NCBI RefSeq assembly: GCF_009914755.1
Contig: NC_060939.1
Direction: 5' to 3' (one strand)
Source: the human T2T-CHM13v2.0 reference genome, Homo sapiens
Length of the DNA stretch: 64,000 bases
Part shown: piece by piece, positions 15,547-31,512 of the stretch
Numbering within the stretch: position 1 is the first letter of the stretch
Layout: each line of letters starts with the position of its first letter
The notes under the pieces: model-generated
What the model was told of the DNA's origin: nothing
The model's input: the letters and a program-made list of their open reading frames with translations, nothing else
Database searches by the model: none
Translations under genes and position numbers: made by a program

Positions 15547-15913
15547 TGTATTAGTCTGTTTTCACACCGCTGATAAAGACATAACTGAGACCGGGCAATT
15601 TACAAAAGAAAGAAGTTTAATGGACTTACAGTTCCACATGGCTGGGGAGGCCTCCCAATCATGGTGGAAGGCAAGGAGGAGCAAGTCACATCTTACCTGG
15701 ATGGCAGCAGGCAAAGAGAGATATTGGCAGGGAAACTCCCCTTTTTAAAACCATCAGATCTTGTGAGACTAACTCACTTTCACGAGAATAGCACGGGAAA
15801 GACCAGGCTTATGATTCAATTATCTACCCCTGGGTTCTTCCCACAACATGTGGGAATTGTGGGAGATACAATTCAAGATGAAACATGGATGGGGACAGAG
15901 CCAAACCACATCA
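15547..15913 (-). mobile_element. THE1 (B/C) solo LTR
   Basis: tgtattagtctgttttcacaccgctgataaagac...ccaaaccacatca; perfect 5-bp TSD ATGAA (15542-46, 15914-18). Confidence 0.92.
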
Positions 15914-17261
15914 ATGAACATCTACCGTATTCCAGACAAAAACACAATCACAGAGTAGTGTTTAAATCCCCATTTCACAGGTGAGGAAATTGAAGCTTAA
16001 AGAATATAAGTCATTTGCCCAGTATCACAGTGTTGGTAAATATCAGGGCTGGCACTTGACTAAGATCTCCATTCTTTGTCTCCACACATTGCTCTTCTTC
16101 ATTTTATTGTGTTTCCTTCTGAGTATTAGACAGGCGGAAGAGCAGAACATAGCAATACTAAGGGAATCTATCTGACAGGATATTCACCACACCTTTCTCT
16201 ATGCTTTTAAGAAAACAAGCAATCAATGCCAGAAAACCCAAGTAAAGAATTTGCTGCCACGGGATTTGGAGAAGCTCCTCACTGGTAGACTTCACAAAAT
16301 TCTGGGGAAACTAGAGGGCTATGGGAGTCAGACTTCGAACTCAAAGGCAGCATGTATAATCTAGGCATGCAGTGAGAAGCCCAAGGCAGGGAGACACTTA
16401 TTCTCTAGCTCCCCTGTGCCCTGCCATCCCACTGCACATGGTCAAGGAAAGACTGAGGCACATCTTCAAACCCCTATTGAATACTTGGGCACTCTGAGAC
16501 GTGCAGAACTTACACCACCTTTTTTCCTTCCCTATTCCTATTCTCCAATCCCCTTTATTCCTTATGCAAATGAATAATACCATCATTCTACCAGTCCCAT
16601 CCAGCTCCCAAACCCTAAATCTGGGAAAGATCCTTGGCTGTTCCTGCTCCCTTACCCTACATCCAATCAGTTTCTCAGTTCTGTCCATCCTCTCTTCTTA
16701 ATGTCTTTTCAGTTTTCATCTCCTCTTCATCCTCACTGCCATTCATTTGGTTTATCCTCAAAACCTTTCTTGAGTAAATTACAGTAGAAGTCTGCTAGCC
16801 ATAGTCCCTGTCCCTGATGTCAGCTCCCCCTTTCTCCAATATGCCCTTCACATTGCTAGCAAGTGATCTTCTAAAACCCAAATACAATTGAATAGTATTA
16901 TGTCATCTTCTCACATAAAATATCCTCTAAAGCCCTTAAAATCACCACTGCTTTTAATTATCATGTGCTATTAGCTCTATCTAGTGAAAAAAAAAAAACA
17001 AAACAAAACTTACAAACCCCTCAGCCTGTGGGATTCCATGCTGGACCCATCCTGTCCTTTCCAGATGAGCCTGTCACCTCTAATTCACCATGTATGCTCC
17101 AGGTCTACTCAACTACTTTTACCAGTTCCCTTAAGGCAAAATGCTCATGTCTTTCACACACACTTGTCATTGCCTGTGTTTGCAAACTCACCTTCAACTC
17201 CTGTGCATTCTTTAGAACTCAGCTCAAGCATCACTCTCAGAAAGGCTTTCCATTCAAAAAC

Positions 17262-17838
17262 ATAACAGGATACCACTTAACACCCATTAGAATGGCTATT
17301 ACAAAAAAAAAAATAAAGTAACTAGCACTGGTGAGGATACAGGGAAATTGGTTGCCCTGTGTACTGCAGGTGGGAATGCAAAGTGTGCAGCCACCATAGG
17401 AGTGCCTCAAAAAATTTACAATAGAATTAACACTCCATAAATATGTACAAAATTATGTGTCAATTAAAAATAATTTCAAAAATAGAATTACTACATGAAC
17501 CAGCAATTCCACTTCTCAGTATGTACCCAAAAGAGTTGAAAGCAAGGATACAAACTGTTATGTGTGCACCCATGTGTATAGCAGCATCATTCACAATAGC
17601 CAAAAGGTGGAAGCAACCCATGTATGTATCCATAGATGAACAGATAAACAAAATGTGGTATATATATACAGTGGAATATTATTCAAACTTAAGAAGAAAG
17701 GAAATACTGTCATATGCTCCAGCATGAATGAACCTTGAAGACATTATACTAAATAAAATAAGCCAATCACAGACAAATACTGTATGATTCCACTTACAGG
17801 AGATATATAGAATAGTCAAATTCATAGAGATAGAAAGT
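17262..17838 (+). mobile_element. L1MB-type fragment
   Basis: cacccattagaatggcta...gccaaaaggtggaagcaaccc...aatactgtatgattccactta. Confidence 0.8.
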
Positions 17839-18894
17839 ATCTCAGTGCTTTACAAATTCCTATTTACAAGTCTGTCTCCCATACTGGACTCTGAGAAACT
17901 TGGAGGAGGGATTTGTGCCTAGAACAAAAAGTACCTGTGTAGTTTGCCTAATGAAAGCGTAAATAAGTGTTCCTGGTTTGTTTTTCCATTTTGCATGGTG
18001 GCAAGCGAGTGTTTAAGACCACAGAACCTGATGTATTCTCTTACCTACATACTTTTGGAGGGGGAAAGAACTTTCCAAACTTAGTATGAAGAGAAAATAA
18101 ATGGCTCCCTGTTCACTTTACAACCTCCCATGCCTGACTTCCTTCTCTTCTTCCTACCATCCTCTCCCTGAGATGCTGCCCTACGGTGACTCAGTCAACC
18201 ATGTAGTTACATCCTTTTTTACAGTCTCTTCTGTCCTCAAGGACTCCTTTTTTTCTACCCCTACCCAAATTATTCCTTTATATACACATTTTTTAAACAA
18301 AAATAAAATTAAACCACTAAGTATTAACCCATTAATCTACTCACTTGACCACCTTATGGATAACAAGAGGATTTGTTGAGAACTGAAAAGTGCCCTTGAT
18401 TTTTTTCAGTCTGGAGTTTTCCCTGCTAATAGTTGATTAGTTGCAATGTGGGGGGGCAAGATTCATGGGAAAATAAGAGATGCTATTTATTCAGTCTGGC
18501 TCTATGGTTAGCCGTAGAAAATGTTCAGGAAAATCTTTACATGGAGTATCTCACATTCATACGAATCAATAACTTCTTTGTGTAATTAACTTTTGCACAA
18601 TGTCCTCACAGTGAATTTCAAAAACACAAAGCTGATCCCATCCCCAACTTAAATCTCCTCTATAGTTCTCGAGAATTCAATATAAATTCCTTCACTTGTC
18701 ATCTCAACTTCTCCACGCCTAGGCCCGTCTTCCCCTCTGGCCTTACCTCTCTTTGATCCTTTTTCACACCTAGGTTAAGGCAACAAACAGCTCCTCCCTT
18801 TCCTCCAAGCACAGGCAGTCTCCTTAATGTAGAATAACTTTGCTTCTTCCACTCTCACCAATCTAATTCCTATTCCCAGCCCATATCTCTATCC

Positions 18895-19103
18895 CTGGAT
18901 TTCTCTGTATCAGCACTCTGGGCATTTGGAATGGAAAAATTATTTATTGTGAGGAGCTGTCATGTGCACTATATGACCTTTGTAGTATCTCTGGCTCCAC
19001 CCACTACATGCCACCTTGTCCTTCAATTGTGACAACCAAAATGTCTGTAGATAGTAACAGATGTCTCTTCGGAGGAAAATTGCTCCCTGTAAGAACCACT
19101 ACT
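18895..19103 (-). mobile_element. MER20
   Basis: Antisense MER20 motifs: cacccactacatgcca...gacaaccaaaatgtct...aaaattgctccctgtaagaaccact. Confidence 0.75.
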
Positions 19104-20484
19104 CTGAATCCAAGCAGAAGACTTGCTCCTAAGAGACCCATGGCATAACTTCTCCACTGAATATGGAGTGCAGACCATTCCCTGCTTAGAGTGCCTTATA
19201 TCATAACTGTGCCACAGTAGCCAGTTTTTTTCTGTACTGCACTGTAACCTCCTGGGCAGCCAGCACCAGGTCTTATCATTCACATTTGAATTTACAAATG
19301 AGTACCCACCATACCACACAACTTACAGCATGCACTCAACAAATGTATGCTAAACAAAAGTTGAATAAATATTAGCAATGCCTTTATAAATATGAAGATG
19401 CTAGAATTCCAGATTTCTTAAGCTTATAGTGACCTACATATTATTACACAACTATTCTAGCCAGAAAATAATACACTTAAACATTAAAAATAAGTAAGAT
19501 ATTTTAGTCACTTAGAAGTTTGTGTTTAAACTATAATAGAAAATTAATGTTTTAATTTTCAAAGGGAGCCACTATTTTTAAAGCACAACTGTTGCAATAA
19601 TACCCATCCTTCCTTCAAGAACGTTCATTAACATTGAGCTGAGCTGGTCTGCAATGCAGTTCTTGGCAGTCCTGTAGTAGAACTGTTCAGTGATGGGAGA
19701 TGTTAATTAATTACACTATAAAATAGAATTACAATTAATTGTTAATTTAGGTTTTAAAGTGACAAACTTTAAAGGCTAAAAATAGTCTTTGATCTTTAAA
19801 AGGCTTCTTAATGAGGGCAGTATACTTTAACTACATCATTAGTTTAATTGTTCAAATTGGGTCTAGAGACTGCTAGAGTTAAGCAAATATCTATTCTGAT
19901 ACGTTAAATGTTTATGACTTGAGACAGGGACAATTAATTGCTAATCAATGGACCAAATCCTAGGTGAGGTCAGGTTCTGAAATAGAAGGACGACAATAGT
20001 AAATTGGATTTAGAGCATTTTGATGTGATCTGTAAAAATCACAGGCAGGCAGAGACTAAAAGAATAGCAAGAAGGCCAAATGAGCAGAAACACCCACATA
20101 ATTAAGATATTACTCATTTAGTTAATCGTGGCTTTCAAGGGTGCCCTTTGTTTAGATTAATGAGCCATAATTTTTAAAATTATACTTACATGCCTGTAGT
20201 TCAGTTACTTAAACATATAATTCAGGATATAAAATAGTAAAACTCAGCATAGCTTAAAGGATGATAACACTTAGCTGTAGCTAAGATTAGCAATATTCAT
20301 AATATAATTTTCAAATATAATCTTGATCAATCATATAATACTTTATTTTCTCAAAATTCAGAAGTAAAATCAATTTATTACTTTAATAAACATCTTTTTA
20401 ACAATCATGCAAACCTTCCACTGTCATTGCAGATAGAAAATGCAAGTTGTCCGTATTTTGTGAGTGGTGTCTGTTTCAATATCA

Positions 20485-20697
<213 letters not shown>

Positions 20698-22513
20698 TCA
20701 TCTTTTTGAAATTTGAGGAAACCGATAATATTACAAGCAGATTTATGATGACCAAACTTCAATGATGTGTTCTCCCAGTGCTATGGAAAAGGGTGTTTCC
20801 CCGTCAATTAGAAGAGAAAGTAGTCATCAGAAACTGAAATTACCATGCACACTGCTAATTCATCAAACAAGAATGACTTATCTTCGAATTCCTTATTATT
20901 GTTGAAGAGAAAGAAAGGAATGGTCTATTCACTTCACACCCAGCTCTTCCTGTGGCTACATCCAACTTGCTGCAAAGTCCTGCTGGGCCTCTCAAGAAGC
21001 ATAGAGCTGTCTACATGGTATAATTTGAAGCCAGCTTTGCAGACTCTCTCTCCCTAGAAATGTTACCTCATCTAGGTAATAAATACCTGAAATTGGTGAA
21101 TTTGCTATTAAAAAAATAAATCTTTTCCATAAAAACAGTGTTTCCTAGTCTTCAAGATTCATGTATGACTGTCATGATTTCTGCCATATTCTATTTTTAA
21201 TAATAATTTTTATTTTACCTATTTTTATGTTTGGTATCTTCCTAAACAATAATCTTTATGAAATTACTACATTCATATGTTAGTTACAAGGGTTAAAATG
21301 AATACATAAGTATCAAAAAATGTTATCTATGACCACCCAAAGTATCACTCAGTGATGTGTGCATTATATTTTGTGAAACACTGAGTTAAATATTCTCCCC
21401 AAATTGTCATTCCTTCCTGAAACACAAACAATTTTGGGAGACAATTTAGCATTATATATTTAATCCCATTAAAAATGTCCGAAAGAGAGGAGAAAGGGGC
21501 CAAGCATACTTCCCACATTGCTTTGAGAAAGTCAAGAAAATGAAAACCTTCTGTCCTGCAGGATTTCTGTTGCTAAACCACCAAAAGTGTAAATACCAAT
21601 ATAAATTTTTAAAACTTATGATACATGTTATTTCTAATGTTCAATTATATGTCTACACACACACACACACAAATATATACATAAACATGGGTGTGCACTG
21701 ACACTATGAACACAAATTTTCCTTGTAGTTCCATTGTCTGGAATTCAGTATCTAGTTCCCCATTTTCACTTCTTAGGTCAATATGTTAGTCTATCTAGTC
21801 TATAATACACTTGCATTATTCTAACTGCCATGTCCAAACACCATGAAGCCAAAGTTTCTACAGGAAATGTTCTGAGCATTGCAATTCTGAATACCAGGAT
21901 TATACATATTAATCATACTACAAAGCTACCCAGAGAGTTCTGATTTCAATAATACTGTAACCAGAACATGGACCTTCTTCTGCTTCAAACACAGAGAAAA
22001 ATGCATTATACCTATTTTTAAGTTGTTGCTTCCTGACCAAGCTTATCAATAAGTCTGGAAAATCCCAAGCAGTGAAAAACTAAGAGAAACCAGAAAACCA
22101 GTACAATAAGTATTAGAACTAAATTAGTATGTGGCTTTTTGGCTAGGAGTTTGCATATTAATCCCTATGTAAGGATAGGAAGCAAAACTCTCAGAAGTGG
22201 CCTTGCTCAATGAAAGAGGAACAGAAAAACTACCCCAGGAAGATAAGAAAGAGTATTTCCAAATCTCCCAAGAAAAATCTGTCAAGCCTGAAGTACAAAT
22301 GGGTTGGGACTAAAAAAAATAATAATAATATTATATATAATTCCGGAATGAATTTCTTCACATGGGGATTCTGGAGTTATGTATAATACTTTTATAATAA
22401 TTATATATAAAAAATTGTTTCCAGGTCAATGATACTATTGGGAGGCTTGTCAGAAACACTACAGACCTATTTGAATATCTAAATTTTTTTAAAAGACCAT
22501 GACAAGTGTTAAT

Positions 22514-22799
<286 letters not shown>

Positions 22800-24497
22800 G
22801 ACCATGACAAGTATTAAGAAGAATGTACAGCAACTGGAACTCATACACTGACGGGGGGAACGTACAATGGAAAACAGTTTGGCAGAAATAGGTCAGTGAT
22901 TGCTCAGGGAAAGAAAGAACAGGGAACAGTGACATTACAATGGGGAGTAAGAAAAGTTTTGAAGGTGGTAGATAAGTTCATTATTTTAATTATGGTAATG
23001 GTTTCATGAGGGTATACATATGTCAAAACTTAATCAAATTTATACTTTAAATGCATTTATGTATACACACAAATATTATGTGTGTCAATTATACTTCAAT
23101 AAAGTTGTTTAATGTTGTACTTAAGGCATTCTGAAAGACACTCTCACTATCAAGAGTGAACGAGATTTCTGTAAAACAATTAGCCCCAGTAGCAAATAAT
23201 CTTACAATAAAAAATTATAAAACATTCAAGATAAACCATGAGCAAACAGAAAGATTAGTACCCCAGGAACTAATAATAAGTGAACAATCTAAAACATATT
23301 TCAAAAGAAGAACAAATATAATAAATTATTATAAATCAATAAATAGACAAAAGATGAAATTAAAAACCCAAAGAAAAAACCTACAAAAGGTAGACTTTTA
23401 AAAGAAACAAATATTACTTCTAGAAATAAAACATAATCGTTAAAATATAACAAATCTCAAAAGGACAAATCAGAATAGACCCAAGTGAAGGGAGAATAAT
23501 TAACTTGAATACAATTTTCAGGAAATTTCCCAGAATACAGCAAGAAGTCATTAAAAAAAAATGAAAATGTTGAGTAAAAAGAATTCAGAGACATTAAGAT
23601 AAATCAGAGATGTTAAGAGATATAGATGCTAAGTGAAAAGACCCAATATTTATCTAATATAAGCTCCAAAAATGATAGAACCCTTTCCCTTCTTTGCTAA
23701 TTCAGTCCTAAAGCCATGGAATATTAATAGAACAGAGCAAGAGTGGAGTGTTGGAGTTCAAATAGTATGAGGAGGGCATCAGGATAGGAAGACAGTGGAG
23801 TCAGAGGCCAGGGATGGTGAGTGAGGTGTCCAAATGTGGGGGCAGCTGCATGTAAGGTGCAGCCTCCAAGGAGGGTGAAGAGGAGTAATGTATACAGGGC
23901 TGTCTGGCACTGGGTATTGGAGCAGGAACAAGTGAGAAAGGAGCTCACATAATGAGGTTCCTCAACAAGGAGTGTCATGAGCCTAACAGGGGTGAGGACA
24001 GTGAAGGAAGTGGCCCTGCTGTGAGGGGCCAGAGCTTGGGCAGGGTGAGGAGGACATCAATTTACAAGGATGGTCTGGCACAAAGTGTTGAAGCCCAAGG
24101 AGGATAGGAAGGCATGCACACTGAGGGGTGTTGAGCATCCTGAGAGCACTTGTAGGATGAGAAAAGTTGCTGCCTGAAAATGTAATCAGATGTAGTAAAG
24201 GAATACAGGGATAAGCAGGATTTTCACATATTAGGCAGTGGACAGGTCCACAAGAAGTGTTAAAGCCAGAAAATGATCAGGAGGGCATCCACACAGAGGA
24301 CAGGGTAGCACGTTTACAGGAAATTGGTTACATAACAGACTGATGGCAAATAATTAGTATATTGCTTATTTATAACAGGAATCAGATTTCTTACTGTTAG
24401 AAAAAAAGAGTTAGAAATATGGAAAGGAAAAAACTTGAATGATCCCTGTGGTACTGGAGTCGAATTAGAGGAACTGGTGTAAAACAAAGGTAGATGT

Positions 24498-24500
<3 letters not shown>

Positions 24501-24545
<45 letters not shown>
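24501..24545. repeat. (CA)n microsatellite, about 22 units
   Basis: Seen directly. Confidence 0.97.
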
Positions 24546-24548
<3 letters not shown>

Positions 24549-24849
24549 TTGCCATCTCTGTTAGCTGGAGTCTTGGGAGAAGCAACACTCCAATAGCAAT
24601 GAGCTTACATAGCATCTCTAAATACTATTCTCTACTAAAAAGGAATCAGGTTTTATTGGGAAACTGGTTGATTCCAGGCCTGGAGCAGGGAAACACAAGA
24701 TGCTACTGGACTAAATTGCTGTTAAAACAAGGAAGTGCTCAAATAGTGAGGATATATCAAAGGAACACAGAAGTCTGCTTGAAGGACCTCCCACAGGCCA
24801 AACCATGGACAATTTGAGCATCGGAATAAATAATGTTAGCAACAGAATG

Positions 24850-26060
24850 AATAAATGGATTAAACTTGCTAGTTAAAAGACAAAAATTATCAATTAGAAT
24901 ATATCCTACTATATCTTACTTACAAAAGATTCCTAAAATATTAACGTAGAAAGGTTGAAAATAAAGAGGTGAATAATAATGTACCAGGCAAATAGTAATA
25001 AAAGAAAACTGATGTAATACTGGACAAAATGGGCTTTAAAGCAAAACCACTGTTGGGGGAGGTGGTGGTCACTATATAATGATTAAATAAGTCATTCACC
25101 AGAAAAGGATAATAGTCTCTAGATACTCAACAGCAGAGTCTCAAAATACATAAAACACAATATAGCATAATTACTAAGAAAAGCTGGTAAATTAACTGTG
25201 ACACGGAGAGATTTTACATGTTTCAATTAGTAATAAACAGATCAAGCAGACAACAAAAATTTAAGGATATTAAATACTTGAACCACATAATTTGTATTAG
25301 TAACATCACAAAAATATATAGATTCCTGCATCTAGGAATTAAATAAAAATACATTTCAATGAGACCACGCATACAACATTTATAAAACTGTGACCCTCCT
25401 GGACCACAAAACAGGTCCCAAAACATCTAAAAGGATTAATACCATTTAGGAAACATTATCTGACCACAATCAATAAAAATCTGAAATTGCCTCCTTCCCC
25501 ACTCCTGTAACATATGCATAACACAAAAGTTTAAAATATTCCCTGTCTGAATGTTTGGAAACTAAAAAAAATTCTAAATGATCCCTGGGCTACCAAGAAA
25601 ACATAATATAAATTCGATGTAGTTAAGACTCAAAAGTATGAAAACGTTGTATAATAAAATTTGCCAAATGTAGGTTTTGTATTAAAAAAATTACAGCCTT
25701 AAACACATAAATACATCAGTAAGAAAAAAGACAGCAAATTAATAAGTAAATAACAGCCAAATTAAAATCTTATATAAAAGAAGAGCAGGGTAAATACAAA
25801 GAATGCAAAAGGAAACAATGTAGACAAAACCATATATATTATAAAAACAACAACATATAAGAAATAATCTACAAATGAAACCCAGGTTTTGAAAAGAGAA
25901 ATAACATGAGGAAATCTATGGCAAGTTTGATAAGGAAGGCCCTAAAAACATCAAAATTAATATACAGAGAAAATGAGTAAACTCAGATATCTTAAATGAG
26001 AATATTATTAACTTAATGCTAAAAATTTGGAAAGGTAAGTGAAATAATTTTTAGAGAAAA
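24850..26060 (+). mobile_element. Ancient L1M ORF2-derived fragment
   Basis: A-rich degenerate ORF2 endonuclease-region motifs (taccaggcaaatagtaa, ttatctgaccacaat). Confidence 0.55.
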
Positions 26061-26074
26061 TATAGATCACAAGC

Positions 26075-26407
26075 CTTTTTTTTGTTTTTGTTTGTTTGTT
26101 TGTTTGTTTGTTTGAGATGGAGTCTCGTTCTTGTCGCCCATGCTGAAGTGCAATGGCGTGATCTCGGCTCACTGCAACCTCCACTCCCGGGTTCAAGGGA
26201 TTCTCCTGCCCCTGCCCCTGCCTCAGCCTCCTGAGTACTGGGATTACAGGCACCCACCACCATGCCTAGCTAATTTTTTTATTTTTAGTAGTGATGGCAT
26301 TTCACCTTGTTAGCGAAGCTGGTCTTGAACTCCTGACCTCAGGTGATCTGCCCACCATGGCCTCCCAAAGTGCTGGGATTACAGGCGTGAGCCACTGTAC
26401 CCAGCCA
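26075..26407 (-). mobile_element. AluS with (TTTG)n tail and an internal (cctgcc)x3 duplication
   Basis: Antisense Alu; ctcctgcccctgcccctgcctcagc. Confidence 0.9.
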
Positions 26408-27724
26408 GAAAACACAGATTATTAAATCTGAATGAATAAGAAATAGAAACACAAATACTTGTAACCATTAAAATGGAATAAAATATGTAAAATTATGCAC
26501 ACACACATTTATTTTAGCAAAAACTTCATATTGGGTGTAATCTTGGGGAATTAACAGATACATTCTTATATATGAAAGCACATAGGACAAACCTACATAA
26601 ATTCTCCTAAGTAAAGCAAAATGACAGCTCATTTAACAGCTCATTTATATCAAAATCAACAGATGAGAGACAGAAGGAGAATGAAGTGAAGAAAGTAGGA
26701 ACATAATGATTTTCAACTGAAGTAAGCATCAAAAAAAAGTGAATCGGCAAAGAGAAAGGAGATCAAAAAGCCCACAAAACCTGCCATTAAAGCCGCAGAA
26801 TCTGGCAGTCCTGGGACCCTTAGTGTAAGAGCAAATTGGCCTACATCTCTATCACTCCTGAGGGCTCCGCAGTCCTCTAAGGCCCGGACAATTACTGCCT
26901 CTGATGGCAACCACCTGTCTGAATAAAAGATGCTGAGATGTCCAATATACTCTACTATAAGAAGAGGGGGAAGTAGAAACTAGCAGTTTTAACTATTTCT
27001 AAGACAAGAGTTAAATAGATAGTAAGTTTCATTGACAAGGAAAATTCACCTTTGGGGAAAAGCTCACTCTCATGAATACCAGATAAATTGGATACAAGTG
27101 AAGACTGCAAAGCAGGTAGTGAGAAGGACACACATGGGCGTGTTTTAACATTCTGCTCCTAAGAACTACTGCTCCTGACTTTGTATTGCTCTTTTCACCA
27201 CAGCTTTTAGTATTGAGACAACGAAAATCACCATACAAAAATCATTTGACCTTCATTCTTGGCTTGGCTAACGTGTGCTTAGCCAAGAATTAAATAGTGA
27301 TACACAAGGGAAAGCTTCTGGGTCACACTGCTCCAAAGGAAACTGGGCATTTTTTTACGGGCAATGTGCACTTTGGCTCTTGTCCAAGGACTTGTGTCAT
27401 TTTTTAAACTTTACCTAGGAAACTAGTCAAAGAAATTCACCCACCCTGCTGAGTAGAACAGTAGGAGAAGGAAATTCCGAGGAACATTTGCCAGGTAATT
27501 AATATATTTGTAATGATTAACATTACACTAAGGGATAAATAACTCTTGAGGTGCAGTATTTATATTCCTATTGCTCTGGAAAATTAGCTTCTCTTACTTG
27601 AATCTTTGCAACACTGTCTACCCAGTAACTAGTCACCTGTATTCCGGTTTTGTATCTCCCTGAAAATTATCCGCTCTGCATTGATGTCTCCCTTAATGAA
27701 GTGATACACTTCCCCCAAGGATAG

Positions 27725-28084
<360 letters not shown>

Positions 28085-28269
28085 GATTCAACTAATTTTG
28101 ATGCTTCTTCCTTCTACATTCCTTCTGAAATATGGGAATCATTTCTTAATCACTCATCTATTCCCTACAATGCCTGAAGAACAGTGCTTTGAAGATAGGG
28201 ACAAAATAAATATTGGTTGAATAAATTCCTCTTTTCATTATTTTTAAGCTCTGTATACCAAAAGAGAGG

Positions 28270-28430
28270 GAGTGGATTAAGAGTGTAAACTTGAATCAGG
28301 CTAGACTTAAATTTGAGCCATTTTGTCCCTCTGAGCCTCAGTTTCCTCATCTATAATATGTGAACAATAAAGATACCTTACAGGGTTGTTGTGAGAATGA
28401 AATGAGATCATGCACACAGTGTGGAGCAGA
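28270..28430 (+). mobile_element. MIR
   Basis: ctctgagcctcagtttcctcatctataa...agggttgttgtgagaatgaaatgag core. Confidence 0.75.
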
Positions 28431-29225
28431 GAGCAATACTAATAACTTACTACTATTATTTTTATTTTGGCTCTCATACTTCTGGATAATCCATATGTCA
28501 AACTTTTTCACCATAACACTTTTGCTTTATTCTTATTCAAATTAAACTGACATCAACTTCACTTTCAGTAGATTATAAATTTTCTGAGGGCAGAGACTTC
28601 TGTCTCATTTGTCTATTGCTATAATTGCAGGGCCCAGAGCAGTTTCACAGGATATAGTTCTAAAGACTCACGTATGATAAAACATCCCCCCATTCAAATA
28701 TTTACAAATGTTATTGTATTGTTAAAAGACAAGGAATTTGGAGTTTATGGAGGTGAAAGTAAATCAAAGCATTTCACAGGTTAAAAACCTTTATAGCCAC
28801 AGGATTCCTAACACAACCAAATTAGAAAACAAAATGGACCAAGGTCAAAGCCACAAGAAATCAGATCCCTAGAATCGATCTCGAACAATCCAGATTTGCT
28901 ATGTGTAGTGCAACATACCTGAAATTCAGAGACGTACTTCCAGGGCTGCTTTTACCATTTATAACCGTTATTACCACATTGTAAATACCGTAATTAGTAA
29001 AATTAGGTTACTACCACCTGAGCTGCCTACATTTCACTATTCTTATGAGGAACAAATACAATGATGTAAACAAAAGCATATGGGCAAAAATATACATATT
29101 ATGCTATCATTATATTACCTTGCATATTTTACTCATAAACTCCCATAGGATTTAGAGCAAGTGGCCTTGGATCATTAATGTAATCCCCCCCTCACTTATA
29201 AGAAAGCTGATGATGAGAAATGTGA

Positions 29226-29527
<302 letters not shown>

Positions 29528-31194
29528 TGATCTAGATAATTCTTACGATCACTTCTAATTCTGAGATTCTGAGAAAGACCAAATGAATTGTACAGTGAGG
29601 AGAAAGAACTGATTAAAAGCTTGCACATATCAGAAGTCACTTTCTTCAGACTCTTTATCTTTCCCCAGCAAAATTTAAAAAGTAACCCCAGAAACGTAGT
29701 GTCTTGCTATCAATAGGATAGAAAGCAAATCCATGTCTTCTGATATCCCTAATAATTCCCTAGGAATCTCTAAGTGAAAATAAACCTCAAAGGAAAAAAC
29801 CATTTTATTAAAAACTCTCTATAGAATCTCTGTGGTGCGGAGGAGAAAGTTATGTTCCTGACAGAAGTACACCTGTTGTGTTTCAAATAATTATGTGTCT
29901 AGACAAGTTTTAAAGAAGTCTTTGGAAAAAGATTACAAACCTCTATCATAGCCCTCAATTTATAATTATTGTATACCAAATTTGAGTACCTGAATGATAT
30001 TTTGGGTGTCTAAAGCAAGCTGGTAGGATTTTGTAGGATAATTTTTAAATCTGATCTATTTAAAGGCAATTCAAAATAAATACTTTCACTGGAGAAAATA
30101 AGTGTACACTGAGAAAGAAATATAGCATTACTTCTTGGCCTTTTGGCTAAGAAAAAAAAATAGGCATCATAGCCACAGATAGGGATAAAGTTAGAGACTA
30201 TATTATAGAGGTCAAATGAATTTCTCTCACGGGGATCTCTAGTCACAGGACAAACAACAATACTGTAGTACATTACACTTTGTACGTAAATACTTGGTAA
30301 ATACAAATAGTAAATAAATGTACTTAGTACATCTTAGTACTAAGTATATTTTGATATTGCATTTTGTAACATATAAGCAATGTAATCAACATTTTATCAT
30401 ATAATCAATACAGCTATGGAAATAATTATATAAACAACCAAACATACAGACATAAAACTTCTCTTAAGTAACTCTCAAATAATTCCTACACAAATTCTTG
30501 ACTGCAGCCTACTCAGATACCACACTGGATTCTCAGGATGAAAGGATGAATGGGCTTCAGGAAGCTCACAGCCAGTAGGTAAAAAAACAATGTAAATGAA
30601 TTACTTGCTAGTTATGTAGTTGCATTTATGTATATCCTACCATTTTCACATTATGTATGTATACAATTTTGTCATTTCTTGGTGGCATAATGAAAAAAAT
30701 AATTCTAAGAAAAAATTTATTTTAGGTGTAATAATTATGAAAGTGTTAAAAAGCTGATTTTTATAGAGTTTAATTTATAGAGTTTAATTATATATAGATC
30801 ACTGCAATTTATACATAACGATGAAATAAAAGCATAATATTAAATTTAAGCATGTTATTTTAGTATTACATATTTAATATAGATTGAAATTTAGGTATAT
30901 ATCAAATAAGACCAAAACAGCATTTGTGATATATTTTGGGACTTCCTACCTTTTATAGTTAATAAAGTAAAACTGTTCATGTTTATAATTTCCACATTTG
31001 TTTCTAAATAAGAGATGTTTCAAATCGTTACTTGCGAATGATTTTTAGCCATTCGAAATATAGGAAGTTCATGAATATTTTTATTTTCTAGAAAAAGCCA
31101 TATGCAATGTTCCAAATCATTAGGATTTCCGGTTTTAATATTGATTTTTAAAGTACTAGTGATAGCTTGATATTCCACATAAAAATCTTTATCA

Positions 31195-31512
<318 letters not shown>

